Made by a program: the position numbers and the translations under genes. A stretch of 64,000 nucleotides of DNA from Chryseolinea sp. (GTDB taxonomy: Bacteria; Bacteroidota; Bacteroidia; Cytophagales; Cyclobacteriaceae). Each line of letters opens with the position of its first letter. The first letter of the stretch is position 1. Location: assembly GCA_036525235.1 (NCBI GenBank), contig DATDAV010000002.1, positions 23,816-87,815 of the forward strand, in the 5' to 3' direction. Below the pieces are notes generated by a model. The model ran no database searches, had not been told where the DNA came from, and saw only the letters and a list, made by a program, of their open reading frames with translations. Below, piece by piece: positions 47,435 through 58,009 of this stretch.

Positions 47435-49843
47435 TCAATGATCAAATTGTTTTACCTGGAAAGGATACACAGCCGACCCGGAAAGCCCATCCGCGGTCAT
47501 GCCACGGATCACGATGTTGTAGTCGCCGGCCACATCGGACGTATAAAATTCAAGGTGCTGCTTGCCCTCTTTGGTCACGACCTGCGGCGCCCAGAACAGC
47601 ACGTTGCGTTGGTCGGGCCAGCGGCTTTCGCGTTGTTTGGGTGTGTCGTAGGGAGGTGAATAAAATTCGCGTTGAAGCTGCAGCCCTTCGTAGTTGACCA
47701 CGACACTGCTTGGGTCCAGCACAAAGCCGGCCAGGTCGCCCGTGTAGGTGGTGTAGCTCACGAGCCCCGTCATAGACACGTTGCCCAGGTAGTAGCGGTG
47801 TGTGAAGACGTCGAGCTTTTTCACTTTCAACGGATCGAACTCCATGATCTTGTCGATATCGAACACGGGAACGCCGTCCAGCAACACCAGCGGGTCGTCG
47901 GTGAACACGCTCTTGTGGGCGTCGTTGAGATTCATAAAATGAAACCCATCCCGGCGCTTGCGCACCATCACCCCGGGCACGTATTCGCGCATCACTTCTT
48001 CCATCACGGTGAAGCGGGTGTAGTCGTCGAGCAGGTAGGAAGCGTCTGGCTTTCCATAAAAATTGGAACTATCTCTCACGGCATTCGCGATGGGCGCCCT
48101 GTCCTGGTAGAAAATGTCTTGCACCTGCATACTCATGTTGCGGGAAAGCAATCGTTTTTCCAAGGCAGTAGAAAAGGCAAACGGTGCAAATTTGAGCGGC
48201 GCAAATTTGTCGGAGAAAGGATTGTCGATCGTGATGCGCCCAACGCTCGTACTGTCTTTCTCAGTATTGGTTTGAACGATGACCTTTTTGGGGCCGATAA
48301 AATCCTTTACCTCATAATACACTTCGCCCTTGTTGTTGCTCACCGACGTGTAGAGTTGAATTTTCCTGCTGGGTGACGATAAGTAGGTAGTGATGCCGCG
48401 CGCTGTGCCACCGATCGGATCAAAGACATGGCCCGTGATGAGGTGCCCTCGGTACTCTGGAACAAATGTGAGCGCCGGCGCTGTGCCCAACACTTCGTTC
48501 CACTGGAAGCGCCGCCAGCCGTGGGTGAGCATTAAATTGTCGGTCGCGAGCGCGTCGGTGCCGTCCATGTAGTATTCCGGCGATTCAACGGCGCCCTTCA
48601 GATCGGAAGAAATCCAGAGGAAGGGATAAATGTCTTGTTGGAGCGGGCCTTGCAGCGAGTCCGTTTTATATACGGCCACCGATAGGTTCGATGTCACGGG
48701 TTGATGTTGCGCATTTTGTGCGGTGAGGTCGACGGAGACTTTGCGCCGGATGCCAAATTGGGCTTGACTTATTTCTGCGCCCAGTGTAAGCTTTTTATCC
48801 GGTTGCGTAAAATATAAGCGTTCGCATTGCGGATGAAGATCGCTATCGATGAGCGTGATATGCGAAATGCCGGGCTGCAGGGTTTTCTTTGGGAGCGCGA
48901 TCGTTGCCTGACCGTGTTGTAGAAAATAAAGCGCAGCCGTGGACACGACGTTGCGGGCGTGTACAAACAAATACACGACAGGCGCGGACGACACGATGCC
49001 CTTCTGGATTATTTTTACCGACAACAGATCATTGGTGCTGTCCTTCACCTGCAACGCATAGCCGGCTTCCAGCGCTGTGGGAAGCTTTACAGTGTTCTTT
49101 CTGCCCTGGTCGTCGGTGATCACCACGCGATATTCCGTTGCCGGAAGGGGTGTGAAGGAGAAATTTCCAATGCCAAATTTATGAGGCTCAAAACGTGCGA
49201 CGGTATCGTTCTGCTGATTCAGCAAGGCGCCTTTACACATCAATCCTTTACCGGTTTTATCCGTGACGCGGAAAGCCACTTTGCCCGGAATGCCATTCAC
49301 CAGGTTGCCACCTTCCGGAAAAAACTGAATGTCGGGTGTGGAGGCTGTGGGTTTATCAAGATCGAGCTTTCGGAACGTATTGACGATGGTTATGGGGGTA
49401 TGAAAATAAAATTCGGGCGCAAAGTTTTTCATCCAATTCGTGTATACACGCACCACATAGCTTCCCGATGTGATCGATGCGGGCAAAAACACTGATCCAT
49501 TTCCCACACCGTGTTGCAAAGCCACCTTGGTCTGCACCACGGCTTGCTTGTCTTTGTCGATCACTTCGAGGTAGGCCACTTTGCTGATGTCCGAAGGCTT
49601 GTGCTGTGCACCGTCGACGAGGTAGAGTTTGAACCACATGGTTTCGCCGGTCAAGTAAAGTGATTGGTCCAGGTGGGCATACAGTTTTTCCTGCAGGTGA
49701 TTGATGCGATAGCGGTCGAATTTCCGCTGGAGCGAATCCAGGCCCGCTTGCTGCGCAGACGCTATTGAGGTTGCCAGCAACGTCATCACTACCCCGAGTG
49801 GAAGGCGTGTATAGAAAAGCGAAAAGATCTTTTTTACGTTCAT
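47435..49843 (-). CDS. Large secreted protein with MG2-like N-terminus and plug-like C-terminal region
   Basis: Signal peptide; EKLYAHLDQSLYLTGETMWFK, FFPEGGNL, LTHGWRRF, LLDGVP, REFYSP, LFWAP. Confidence 0.75.
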   Translation of the reverse strand: MNVKKIFSLFYTRLPLGVVMTLLATSIASAQQAGLDSLQRKFDRYRINHLQEKLYAHLDQSLYLTGETMWFKLYLVDGAQHKPSDISKVAYLEVIDKDKQAVVQTKVALQHGVGNGSVFLPASITSGSYVVRVYTNWMKNFAPEFYFHTPITIVNTFRKLDLDKPTASTPDIQFFPEGGNLVNGIPGKVAFRVTDKTGKGLMCKGALLNQQNDTVARFEPHKFGIGNFSFTPLPATEYRVVITDDQGRKNTVKLPTALEAGYALQVKDSTNDLLSVKIIQKGIVSSAPVVYLFVHARNVVSTAALYFLQHGQATIALPKKTLQPGISHITLIDSDLHPQCERLYFTQPDKKLTLGAEISQAQFGIRRKVSVDLTAQNAQHQPVTSNLSVAVYKTDSLQGPLQQDIYPFLWISSDLKGAVESPEYYMDGTDALATDNLMLTHGWRRFQWNEVLGTAPALTFVPEYRGHLITGHVFDPIGGTARGITTYLSSPSRKIQLYTSVSNNKGEVYYEVKDFIGPKKVIVQTNTEKDSTSVGRITIDNPFSDKFAPLKFAPFAFSTALEKRLLSRNMSMQVQDIFYQDRAPIANAVRDSSNFYGKPDASYLLDDYTRFTVMEEVMREYVPGVMVRKRRDGFHFMNLNDAHKSVFTDDPLVLLDGVPVFDIDKIMEFDPLKVKKLDVFTHRYYLGNVSMTGLVSYTTYTGDLAGFVLDPSSVVVNYEGLQLQREFYSPPYDTPKQRESRWPDQRNVLFWAPQVVTKEGKQHLEFYTSDVAGDYNIVIRGMTADGLSGSAVYPFQVKQFDH

Positions 49844-49864
49844 GAAAGTTGCTGAATTTCTTAA

Positions 49865-50998
49865 TTACCAAAAATCGGGCTTCTGTATTACGCCGCCCTT
49901 GACCCGACAATCCATACAATCAATCGTCGTCGATACATAGCCTATGGTGACCGGAACACCGTAGGGGTATACGAGAAAAGTATGGTCTCCAAATGACTTG
50001 ACTACCGAGAGCTGAATGGAATCTAATGGACAAAAAGGAAGCGGCATTCTCCGGATGTTGTCGGGCAGCTCGCGGTTGTTGATGAAGATCCTTTGTTGCT
50101 TTTCTTCGCCGGCGCTAAAGAAACCCAACACGGCCTCGTTGGCATTGGTGGCGCTGTGAACGTTGCCCACCACCTCCGAAGGCATAGGGTCGAACAATCC
50201 ACCCAGGCTTTCCGTTGTTTTTTGAAGCTGGGTCCAAAAGGTGTAGGCCTCTTTGGAGATCGTGCGTTGGGTCACCAACAGGCTATAGCGTCTGGATATC
50301 TTGATGGTGCGGCCGGGAATAACCACCAACGGAAAATCGCGGATGAGATCGGCGGAAAGGCGTTCCGAGGACGTCACCAAAATGGTCGTCGACAGATTCG
50401 TTTTCCAGCAGATGTCCACCCGTTCATCAACGGGCAGGTAAGTGGGCTCGCCATTTATCACTTCATAGCCGGCGGGATAGGGCGCGGAGTATTCGTAGGT
50501 CTCGACATAATTCCAGAGGTAGTATTTTGATTGCCCTGTGTCGTCGTGGGTATTCACATACAGCGTAACATCGTTGTCGCTTGGCCGCCAGGTCACGCTA
50601 TCGATGTCGGGAGTTCGGAGCACATCGACGTAGTCGGAGAAATACTCTTTCCCGCCAAGGGTCTGGATGTGGACGCGGTATTTTTTGGATGCATCGATGG
50701 TCAATCCCGTGGCCGTATAGTTGCCATCCGCGCCACCGGACAATGTCACCGCACCGCCGTCGCTTTCTTCAAGCCTGACCGTGGCATTTTGCTCGACGGG
50801 AGGAACGCCGCTTTCGTCCAGCGCCACAGCATGCGAGAGTCGCACGGCGACAGAGGAAGATGTCACGCTCAGGTAACCATCTACTACCAGAAGGTCGACA
50901 TTTTCGGTCGTGCCCGGCGGCGAATAGGGATCGAGGCAGCTCGAAAACAGAAAGGCCGCCAACGCGTAGAGCAAAATATGTTTTTTTGTAAAGGTCAT
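49865..50998 (-). CDS. DUF4249-type lipoprotein (copy B)
   Basis: Lipobox FSSC; same motifs as copy C. Confidence 0.85.
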   Translation of the reverse strand: MTFTKKHILLYALAAFLFSSCLDPYSPPGTTENVDLLVVDGYLSVTSSSVAVRLSHAVALDESGVPPVEQNATVRLEESDGGAVTLSGGADGNYTATGLTIDASKKYRVHIQTLGGKEYFSDYVDVLRTPDIDSVTWRPSDNDVTLYVNTHDDTGQSKYYLWNYVETYEYSAPYPAGYEVINGEPTYLPVDERVDICWKTNLSTTILVTSSERLSADLIRDFPLVVIPGRTIKISRRYSLLVTQRTISKEAYTFWTQLQKTTESLGGLFDPMPSEVVGNVHSATNANEAVLGFFSAGEEKQQRIFINNRELPDNIRRMPLPFCPLDSIQLSVVKSFGDHTFLVYPYGVPVTIGYVSTTIDCMDCRVKGGVIQKPDFW

Positions 50999-51115
50999 AC
51001 TTTAAAATTCAAACCGATCTGTTCAATAGCCTGCGACAAAAGCTTCCCTATCGTGGGATCGGTGTGGAGCATCATGGTTTCTTCTTGTATCATTCTTCCT
51101 TCCATCATTTCATAT

Positions 51116-52273
51116 TCAATCCCAGAAATCCGGTCGCTTTGTAACGCCTCCCTGCACGCGACAGTCCATGCAAATGGGCATCGCCGTGGTGTAGCCTCCC
51201 GCAGTGCCCGGGCCATTGCCGCCTACGGGGTAGATCAGGAACGTGTTGTCGGGAAGCGCTTTTATCAACCCGAGTAACACGGTATCAATCTCGCAGCCCT
51301 GTGGCTTGGGGGTGACGCGCTGCAATTCTTCCGGCAATTCGTCGTGCTTGATGAAGATCCGTTTTTCGCGCAGCTCTCCGGCTCCAAAATATCCCAACAC
51401 GGGTTCCCTGGCGTCGCGTATATTGTGTACGTTGCCCACCACCTGTGATGGCATGGGATCGAACAGACCACCTATGTTCTCCGTGGTGTTTTTCAACTGT
51501 TGCCAAAACGCATAGTGCTGCTCCGACACCACTTTCAGCTTCACCAAAATGCTATAGCGGATCGAAAGTTTGATGGACCGCAACGGCATGAACACGAGCG
51601 GGTAATCAAGCATGGCATCGACACCCAGATTTTTGGTCGAATGCAAAAGAATAGACGTCGCCGATTTTGTGGCCCAGCAACGATTCACATACTCATCTTC
51701 GTGCAATTGCACGATTTCACCCTTTTGGATTTGATAGCCTGGCGCATACGCCGACCGGTATTCATAAGTCTCAACATAGTCCCACAGGTAGTACCTTGCG
51801 TTTCCCGTGGCATCATGCGTGCTGGCGTATACCGTGGTGCCCGCCGCCGTGCCGTGCCAGGTAACGCTGTCGATGTCGGGCGTATGGTAAACATTTTCAT
51901 AGTCCGACAGGTATTCACTTCCTTGTCGGGTAGTGATGTGCAGGCGATAGGGTTTGCCGGGATTGATGGTAAGGTCGTTGGCGATGTATGAACCGGCGAT
52001 CGTGTCGGCTGTCAATGTGATCGTGGGGCCATCGCTTTCTTCGATGGTCACTTTAGCATTCACCTCCGGTGTGGGCTTTTCTGTCGAGGCCAACGCCACG
52101 GCGCGCGTCAAACGCACCGATGCAGAGGAACGTCCCTGATCGAGAAATCCTTCCACCACCAAAATGTCGACGGCGGTGCTGGCGTCGGGCGGCGCATAGG
52201 GCTCCAGACATCCCGAAACGATCATCGTCATGCAGGTGTAATAGAAGAGTCCATATGGTTTGCCGGCGTGCAT
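51116..52273 (-). CDS. DUF4249-type lipoprotein (copy A)
   Basis: Lipobox VSGC; ILVVEG, TPDIDSV, GGLFDPMPS, CMDCR, RPDFW. Confidence 0.85.
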   Translation of the reverse strand: MHAGKPYGLFYYTCMTMIVSGCLEPYAPPDASTAVDILVVEGFLDQGRSSASVRLTRAVALASTEKPTPEVNAKVTIEESDGPTITLTADTIAGSYIANDLTINPGKPYRLHITTRQGSEYLSDYENVYHTPDIDSVTWHGTAAGTTVYASTHDATGNARYYLWDYVETYEYRSAYAPGYQIQKGEIVQLHEDEYVNRCWATKSATSILLHSTKNLGVDAMLDYPLVFMPLRSIKLSIRYSILVKLKVVSEQHYAFWQQLKNTTENIGGLFDPMPSQVVGNVHNIRDAREPVLGYFGAGELREKRIFIKHDELPEELQRVTPKPQGCEIDTVLLGLIKALPDNTFLIYPVGGNGPGTAGGYTTAMPICMDCRVQGGVTKRPDFWD

Positions 52274-52274
52274 C

Positions 52275-55046
52275 TTAGAATTTAAAATTATACGTCACAG
52301 TCGGTATCGGTTGAGCGAACACGGAAAGCTTATACCCCTTTACCTGGCCATTCTCCGAACGGAAGAACACGGAGTAAGCATTGGCGCGGCCCGTCAGGTT
52401 GTACACAGCAAACGTCCACGAGCTGTGGGCCAGCTTCTTGATCTTGTGGTTGCCCTCGATGTTGATGGAGATGTCGGTGCGGAAATAGTCGGGGATCCGG
52501 TATTGGTTTCGGTCGGAGTAGTAAAGCCGGTAGTTGCCACCCAACTCATACTTGGCCAGCGGCAAGGTGATGGGCCGCCCGGTGCTATAGGTCATGTTGA
52601 GCGAGAAATTGAAGCGACGGCTGAATTTATAATTCCCCACAAAGTTCACAGCATGCGGCTTGTCATAGTTGCTCGGATAATAATCGCCCTTGTTGACGAC
52701 CTCCGATGCGTAAGGGCTCACCGTTTGCAGGAACGAGCGGGAATACGTGTAGCTCAACCAGCCGTTCAGCTTGCCGGCAGCGCGCTTCAGCATAAACTCC
52801 ACCCCATAGGCCTTGCCCCGCGAATCGACGACATCCGTTTCGATGTGCTTGTTCAGCAACAACACCGCGCCACCTTTAAAGTCGAGTGCATTCTGCGTGG
52901 TCTTGTAGTAGGCTTCCAACGAAATTTCAAGCGAATGCTTACGGGTATTCTTATAGAATCCCACCGACACCTGATCGCCCACTTGCGGTTTGATATAGGC
53001 ATCGCTTAGCTTCCAAATATCCGTAGGCGTCATGGCCGTGGTGTTGGATAGCATCTGAATGTATTGGCGCATCCGGTTATAGCTAAATTTCACCGACGCA
53101 TTTTGCGACACGCTGTAGCGGATCGAGAACCGTGGTTCCAAACCGCCATAGGACGCGATGGATTTGCCGCTGGTGTAGTACAGGCTGTCCGTGATGGCGC
53201 TCTCCGTGCGCGGAATGCCGTTAGCGTATTGATATACGTTGCGCGGCCCCAGGTATTCATAGAATGAATAGCGAACCCCTCCATAGATGGAAAGCTTGGG
53301 GGACACTTCGAAATTGTCGCCGATATAAATCGCGTTTTCCTGGCCTTGTTCATGTTGCAGGGCCATTGTTTTTTGTGTCGACTCTTCGCCTTTCGGCGCA
53401 ATGTGGCCCGGCTGCAGCGAATAGCGCACCACGCTCACGCCGGCATTTATGGTATGCTTGGCATTGAGAAAATAGCTGAAGTCCACTTTGCCATTGATCT
53501 GCTGGATAGAAAAATTCATATCGAACGCCTCCACCGGGTTCAGGTCGCTGCTCATGGTATAGCTGTACTTGCTGATGCCCCCCGTGGCCACCGCATAGAG
53601 CTTGTTGTTGAAAATGTGCTTCCACTTGATCGACGCATTGCGGTCGCTATAGGCATAGGAGGTGTCGGTGTTGAGCTTGAATTTATCATGGCTCATGTAG
53701 CCCGACAGGTAAAGGTTGTTCCGGTCGTTGATCTTGTGGCTGATGTTGAGGTTCACATCATAGAACGACGCCTGGCTGTTCTTTAAACGTTCGTTGTGCA
53801 ATTGGCGCAAGATCCAGTCGGAATAGGTTGAGCGGGCGCCGATCAGGAACGAGGTCTTTTCCTTGATCAGGGGCCCCTCGAGGGTTAGCCGCCCCGTGAT
53901 GGGACTGATGCCGCCGGAGCCCTGAAATTTTTTCAGGTTGCCTTCCCGCGAAGAAACATCCAACACCGACGACAAACGTCCGCCATAGTCGGCGGTGATG
54001 CCGCTTTTATAGAGCTCCACATTTTTCAGTACATCGGGATTGAAGGTGGAGAAAAATCCAAAAAGGTGCGACGGGTTGTAGACCACGGCATCGTTGAACA
54101 GGATCAGGTTTTGGTTGGCCGCACCCCCGCGAACGTTCAGGCCCACCGTGCCCTCGCCCACGCTCTGCACTCCCGGCAGGGCCAGCACCACCTTCATGAT
54201 GTCGGTCTCACCCAAGGCCAGCGGCATATTTTTCATCGTCTTGATGTCAAGCTTCTCCATACCCATCTGCATACCCATCACGCGCACGTCCTTGTCGGAT
54301 TCCACCACCACTTCTTTTAGTGGAGTAACGTCGGGGTCCAGTTCGATCTCCAGTTTGCCGTCGGCATAGAGCATGATTTGGCGAACGGTGCTTTTCATGC
54401 TGATACTTTTAATCTTCAGCTCGTGGCGTCCCTTGGGCAGGGTGATGGCGTAGTATCCGAACTGATCGGTGATCACGCCGATCAACGGGTTCTCTATATA
54501 CACGGTCGCGCCTACGAGCGGCTCACCATTTGTTACGTCGCGAATGTGGCCAGCCATGGTGGCATTGCCCTGCAGGTTGCTGCTCTTGGGGCCGATGGCG
54601 TAGAGCTTGCTCTCCACCAGTTTTTTCTCCTTTTCCCGTTTTTCGTAGGCCGTGTAGTCAAATCCGGAAACCAATGTCTGTTGCGAAGGTGCAACGCCCG
54701 TATCAAAAAAATCTGCCGGCAGGTCGGTCATGATGTCGCGGCCTTCCGTCACAAAGATGTTCCCTTGAGCGTCTACGGCGAAGTGCAGTTGCGTGCCCGC
54801 CAGCGCATGTCCCAGCACGGCGTTCACGTTTTGACTTTGGGCCGACAGGGTGATCTTGAGGCTATCGGTTGTCCGGGGATTATAATAGAAATGATAATCC
54901 GTTTGCGACTCGATCGCGTCAACGAGTTGTTTGAACGGAGCGCCGCTCAGCTCTACCGTGATGAGTCCCCGTTGTTGACCGTTTGCGGTCTGCGTCAGGG
55001 CCAGCATGGCCATCCCACAAATGATAAACGTGTAAAGTGTCTTCAT
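52275..55046 (-). CDS. TonB-dependent receptor (non-SusC; N-terminal extension, CarboxypepD-like domain, plug, barrel)
   Basis: GEPLVGATV, LPGVQSVGE, VRGG..QNL, YGGRLSSVLDV, C-terminal PTVTYNFKF. Confidence 0.92.
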   Translation of the reverse strand: MKTLYTFIICGMAMLALTQTANGQQRGLITVELSGAPFKQLVDAIESQTDYHFYYNPRTTDSLKITLSAQSQNVNAVLGHALAGTQLHFAVDAQGNIFVTEGRDIMTDLPADFFDTGVAPSQQTLVSGFDYTAYEKREKEKKLVESKLYAIGPKSSNLQGNATMAGHIRDVTNGEPLVGATVYIENPLIGVITDQFGYYAITLPKGRHELKIKSISMKSTVRQIMLYADGKLEIELDPDVTPLKEVVVESDKDVRVMGMQMGMEKLDIKTMKNMPLALGETDIMKVVLALPGVQSVGEGTVGLNVRGGAANQNLILFNDAVVYNPSHLFGFFSTFNPDVLKNVELYKSGITADYGGRLSSVLDVSSREGNLKKFQGSGGISPITGRLTLEGPLIKEKTSFLIGARSTYSDWILRQLHNERLKNSQASFYDVNLNISHKINDRNNLYLSGYMSHDKFKLNTDTSYAYSDRNASIKWKHIFNNKLYAVATGGISKYSYTMSSDLNPVEAFDMNFSIQQINGKVDFSYFLNAKHTINAGVSVVRYSLQPGHIAPKGEESTQKTMALQHEQGQENAIYIGDNFEVSPKLSIYGGVRYSFYEYLGPRNVYQYANGIPRTESAITDSLYYTSGKSIASYGGLEPRFSIRYSVSQNASVKFSYNRMRQYIQMLSNTTAMTPTDIWKLSDAYIKPQVGDQVSVGFYKNTRKHSLEISLEAYYKTTQNALDFKGGAVLLLNKHIETDVVDSRGKAYGVEFMLKRAAGKLNGWLSYTYSRSFLQTVSPYASEVVNKGDYYPSNYDKPHAVNFVGNYKFSRRFNFSLNMTYSTGRPITLPLAKYELGGNYRLYYSDRNQYRIPDYFRTDISINIEGNHKIKKLAHSSWTFAVYNLTGRANAYSVFFRSENGQVKGYKLSVFAQPIPTVTYNFKF

Positions 55047-55048
55047 GC

Positions 55049-55777
55049 TCAGTTTTTAGGCGCGTCATAGAACTCTGCCGCCCGCACTACGGCCTTCTCA
55101 CGATCTTTCTTGAAGCGTATTTTATTCTTGTTGAGAAAAGATTTTACGTCCGATTTCCGGTCTTTCAGCACGTCCAGCACCGATCCTTTTTTCTTTACCG
55201 GGTAAAACACGCCGTCTTTTACAATATAGAGGTGATTCTTTTCTTCGAAGCGGGCCACAATCACCTGCGACTCGATGGTTTCCTGTAGACTTTTTTCACG
55301 CTTCACATATACCTTGGTGGCGCCATCATACAAAAGATCATAGAACCCGGTGGTGATACCGTTGGTCTTTGTGCCATAGAGGTGCACAAAGGTGTGGCCG
55401 GAAACCGTGAAGTGGTCCACTTTATCGACGATCAACTGGATCTTTGAACCATTGAGCATGTGTTCGGTGACCACCTGGTCGACGCGGATGTCGTATTCCA
55501 GGGGAACATTTTCATACAACTCGCCGTCGTAGAGCACATCGCCAAAGATCCAATCGTCGGAAAGGTAGAAGGGGAACTCGTCGTTTCGGGAAACATATTC
55601 CGTGTACTCCACGCCATTGAAGAGGCGCGCTTGTCCTTGTATATAGTGCGAATAAACTTGCTTGGCGCGTGCGTCGGCCAGGGCAACAAAAGCGGTGTCA
55701 GCCTTAAGCTGTGCTGTGCAGTGGATGCTGCAGAAGAGAGACAGGCCGAAGCCTGCTAGGCATAGGAGACGGGTCAT
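55049..55777 (-). CDS. Hypothetical exported protein, first gene of the TBDT operon
   Basis: Signal-like N-terminus from MTRLLC (55777); LFNGVEY, GDVLYDG, GFYDLLYDG; stop 2 bp before the TBDT start. Confidence 0.75.
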   Translation of the reverse strand: MTRLLCLAGFGLSLFCSIHCTAQLKADTAFVALADARAKQVYSHYIQGQARLFNGVEYTEYVSRNDEFPFYLSDDWIFGDVLYDGELYENVPLEYDIRVDQVVTEHMLNGSKIQLIVDKVDHFTVSGHTFVHLYGTKTNGITTGFYDLLYDGATKVYVKREKSLQETIESQVIVARFEEKNHLYIVKDGVFYPVKKKGSVLDVLKDRKSDVKSFLNKNKIRFKKDREKAVVRAAEFYDAPKN

Positions 55778-55984
55778 TTTCCAGTAGAGCGTAGGTAACA
55801 GGTTTCTAAAAATACTTTTAATACCGAAAAGTACCATACCGTTAAAGTAAATTATACAATCGTTTGAATACACGAGCGGGCGTTAGGGCCGCGACGAACG
55901 CCGCGATTCACGAGACGAAACCGGAAAGAATTATGAGCGCGGCCGGGCAGTGAATGCGGGGCTCGCCAGGCGTTACCGTAAAAC

Positions 55985-56016
55985 AAAAAACGTCCGGCCC
56001 GCGGGGACCGAACGTT
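55985..56016 (-). terminator. Probable terminator of rny
   Basis: Imperfect GC-rich stem followed on the minus strand by a T-run. Confidence 0.5.
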
Positions 56017-56050
56017 CTTCATAGCCTTTTCGCAAGGCTGAATTTATATA

Positions 56051-57619
56051 TTATTTCGCGTAGGCAACGCTGCGCATTTCACGAATCACCGTCACTTTCA
56101 CCTGACCGGGATACTGCATGTCGCGCTCGATCTTTTGCGAGATATCGAAGCTGAGTTGACCTGCACGTTCGTCTGTGGCTTTCTCAGCATCTACAATAAC
56201 ACGGAGCTCACGGCCGGCCTGAATAGCGTAGCACTTGTCCACACCGTCGAAGCTGAGACCGAGTTGTTCCAATTCTTTCAGACGCTTGATGTATTGTTCC
56301 ATCACCTCACGGCGTGCACCGGGACGGGCACCGCTGATGGCGTCGCACGATTGCACGATGGGTGAGATGATGTTGGTCATCTCAATTTCGTCGTGGTGGG
56401 CGCCGATGGCGTTGCAAATGGCAGGGTGCTCCTTGTATTTCAGCGCCAACTCCATACCCACAATGGCGTGGGGCTTCTCTAACTCTTCGGGCCACACCTT
56501 GCCGATGTCGTGCAATAGGCCGGCACGCTTGGCTTGTTTCACGTTCAACCCCAGTTCGCTGGCCATAATGGCACACAGGTTGGCGACTTCGCGCGAGTGC
56601 TGCAATAAATTTTGTCCATACGACGAGCGGAAGCGCATGCGACCTACCATCCTCACCAACTCGGGATGCAATCCATGAATGCCCAGGTCGATGACCGTGC
56701 GTTCGCCGATTTCCACGATCTCGTCTTCAATATTCTTGGTGGTCTTGGCCACGATCTCTTCGATGCGCGCCGGGTGGATGCGTCCATCCTGAACCAACCG
56801 GTGCAGCGACAACCGGGCGATCTCGCGACGCACGGGATCGAAGCCCGAAATGATGATGGCTTCGGGAGTGTCGTCCACGATAATTTCCACGCCGGTGGCG
56901 GCTTCCAGGGCGCGGATGTTGCGTCCTTCGCGGCCGATCACTTTTCCTTTGATGTCGTCGCTTTCGATGTTAAAGATCGATACACAGTTCTCGATGGCAT
57001 GCTCGGTGGCGGTGCGCTGGATGGTTTCGATCACGATCTTCTTGGCTTCCTTGGTGGCCGACAGCTTGGCTTGCTCCATGATGTCTTTCACATAGCTGGA
57101 GGCGCGGGTCTGGGCTTCGTCTTTCAGGCTGGCGATCAGTTGCTCGCGGGCTTCGTCGGCGGTGAGCTTGCTGATGTTTTCCAGCACCTGGATCTTTTGC
57201 TGGTTGAACTTGTCGAGCTCTTCCTTGCGTTTTTTGGTATGTTCCAGTTGGGCCGACAGGTCGAGGCGAATGTCGTCCAATTCACCTTCTTTGCGTTTGA
57301 GGTTCTCGATCTCTTTGCTGAGGGTGGCCTCGCGTTGTTTGATCTTTTGCTCGTTGCTGATGATGAGGCTCTTCTTCTTGTTGGCTTCGTCCTCGAATTC
57401 GGTCTTCATTTTCAGGAGCTTCTCTTTGGCTTCCAGGATGCGGTCCTTTTTCAGGTTTTCTGCAGCGATTTCGGCTTCCTTGATAATGAGCTTGGCTTTG
57501 GCGTCGGCATTCTCCTCGTTCTTTTGAAGTTTTCGTTTAGCGAGGAGTGACCCGATCAACAGACTCAGCAGGATCGTTGCGATCGCGCTGACCACGATAA
57601 CTATGACGGTCGTTGACAT
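56051..57619 (-). CDS. rny: Ribonuclease Y
   Basis: N-terminal TM, coiled coil, KH ([13 protein letters not shown]), RSSYGQN, HD motif LLHDIGK, AIQAGRE. Confidence 0.97.
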   Translation of the reverse strand: MSTTVIVIVVSAIATILLSLLIGSLLAKRKLQKNEENADAKAKLIIKEAEIAAENLKKDRILEAKEKLLKMKTEFEDEANKKKSLIISNEQKIKQREATLSKEIENLKRKEGELDDIRLDLSAQLEHTKKRKEELDKFNQQKIQVLENISKLTADEAREQLIASLKDEAQTRASSYVKDIMEQAKLSATKEAKKIVIETIQRTATEHAIENCVSIFNIESDDIKGKVIGREGRNIRALEAATGVEIIVDDTPEAIIISGFDPVRREIARLSLHRLVQDGRIHPARIEEIVAKTTKNIEDEIVEIGERTVIDLGIHGLHPELVRMVGRMRFRSSYGQNLLQHSREVANLCAIMASELGLNVKQAKRAGLLHDIGKVWPEELEKPHAIVGMELALKYKEHPAICNAIGAHHDEIEMTNIISPIVQSCDAISGARPGARREVMEQYIKRLKELEQLGLSFDGVDKCYAIQAGRELRVIVDAEKATDERAGQLSFDISQKIERDMQYPGQVKVTVIREMRSVAYAK

Positions 57620-57698
57620 AAAAATAGATATGGGTTATATATACACTAACCCCGGATTGCCGCCTTGGCTCAGGAAAGGAGAGGGAGCGCGAAGAAAA

Positions 57699-57986
57699 TC
57701 AGAGAATGGATTGGGAGACGAGGTGGTTGATTTGGCTAACTTTCTCAAACACCGTTTGGTCGATCACCTGGTAGGTTTCCTCGGCCGCCATCTTGTCTAC
57801 CAGGCAGTCGAAGGCCACCATGGCCAACAGATCTTGTTTATCATCTATCCCAAATTGCTCCCGGTAAGTCTTTAATTTTTCATTGATGATCTTGCTGGCC
57901 AGTCGAACGCGCTCTTCATCCGTTAGCTTCACCTTCATTGGGTATTCGCGGTCTGCTATCTTGATTTTTATTGAGAGGTCGTCCAT
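57699..57986 (-). CDS. zapA: Cell division protein ZapA
   Basis: IKIADREYPM...EERVRLAS...DKQDLLAM; located upstream of rny. Confidence 0.85.
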   Translation of the reverse strand: MDDLSIKIKIADREYPMKVKLTDEERVRLASKIINEKLKTYREQFGIDDKQDLLAMVAFDCLVDKMAAEETYQVIDQTVFEKVSQINHLVSQSIL

Positions 57987-58009
57987 GAAATATGCTTACA
58001 GGGTTCCTT

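Noticed and set aside
56612-57550. Long antisense ORFs (also 23330..24226, 54378..55070, 50531..51277, 36910..37653, 47672..48376, 14476..15129)
   Set aside because: They are shadows of well-supported genes on the opposite strand, favoured by biased codon usage; no recognisable motifs
57620-57698. 6S RNA downstream of zapA
   Set aside because: The 79-bp gap is far too short for a ~180-nt RNA
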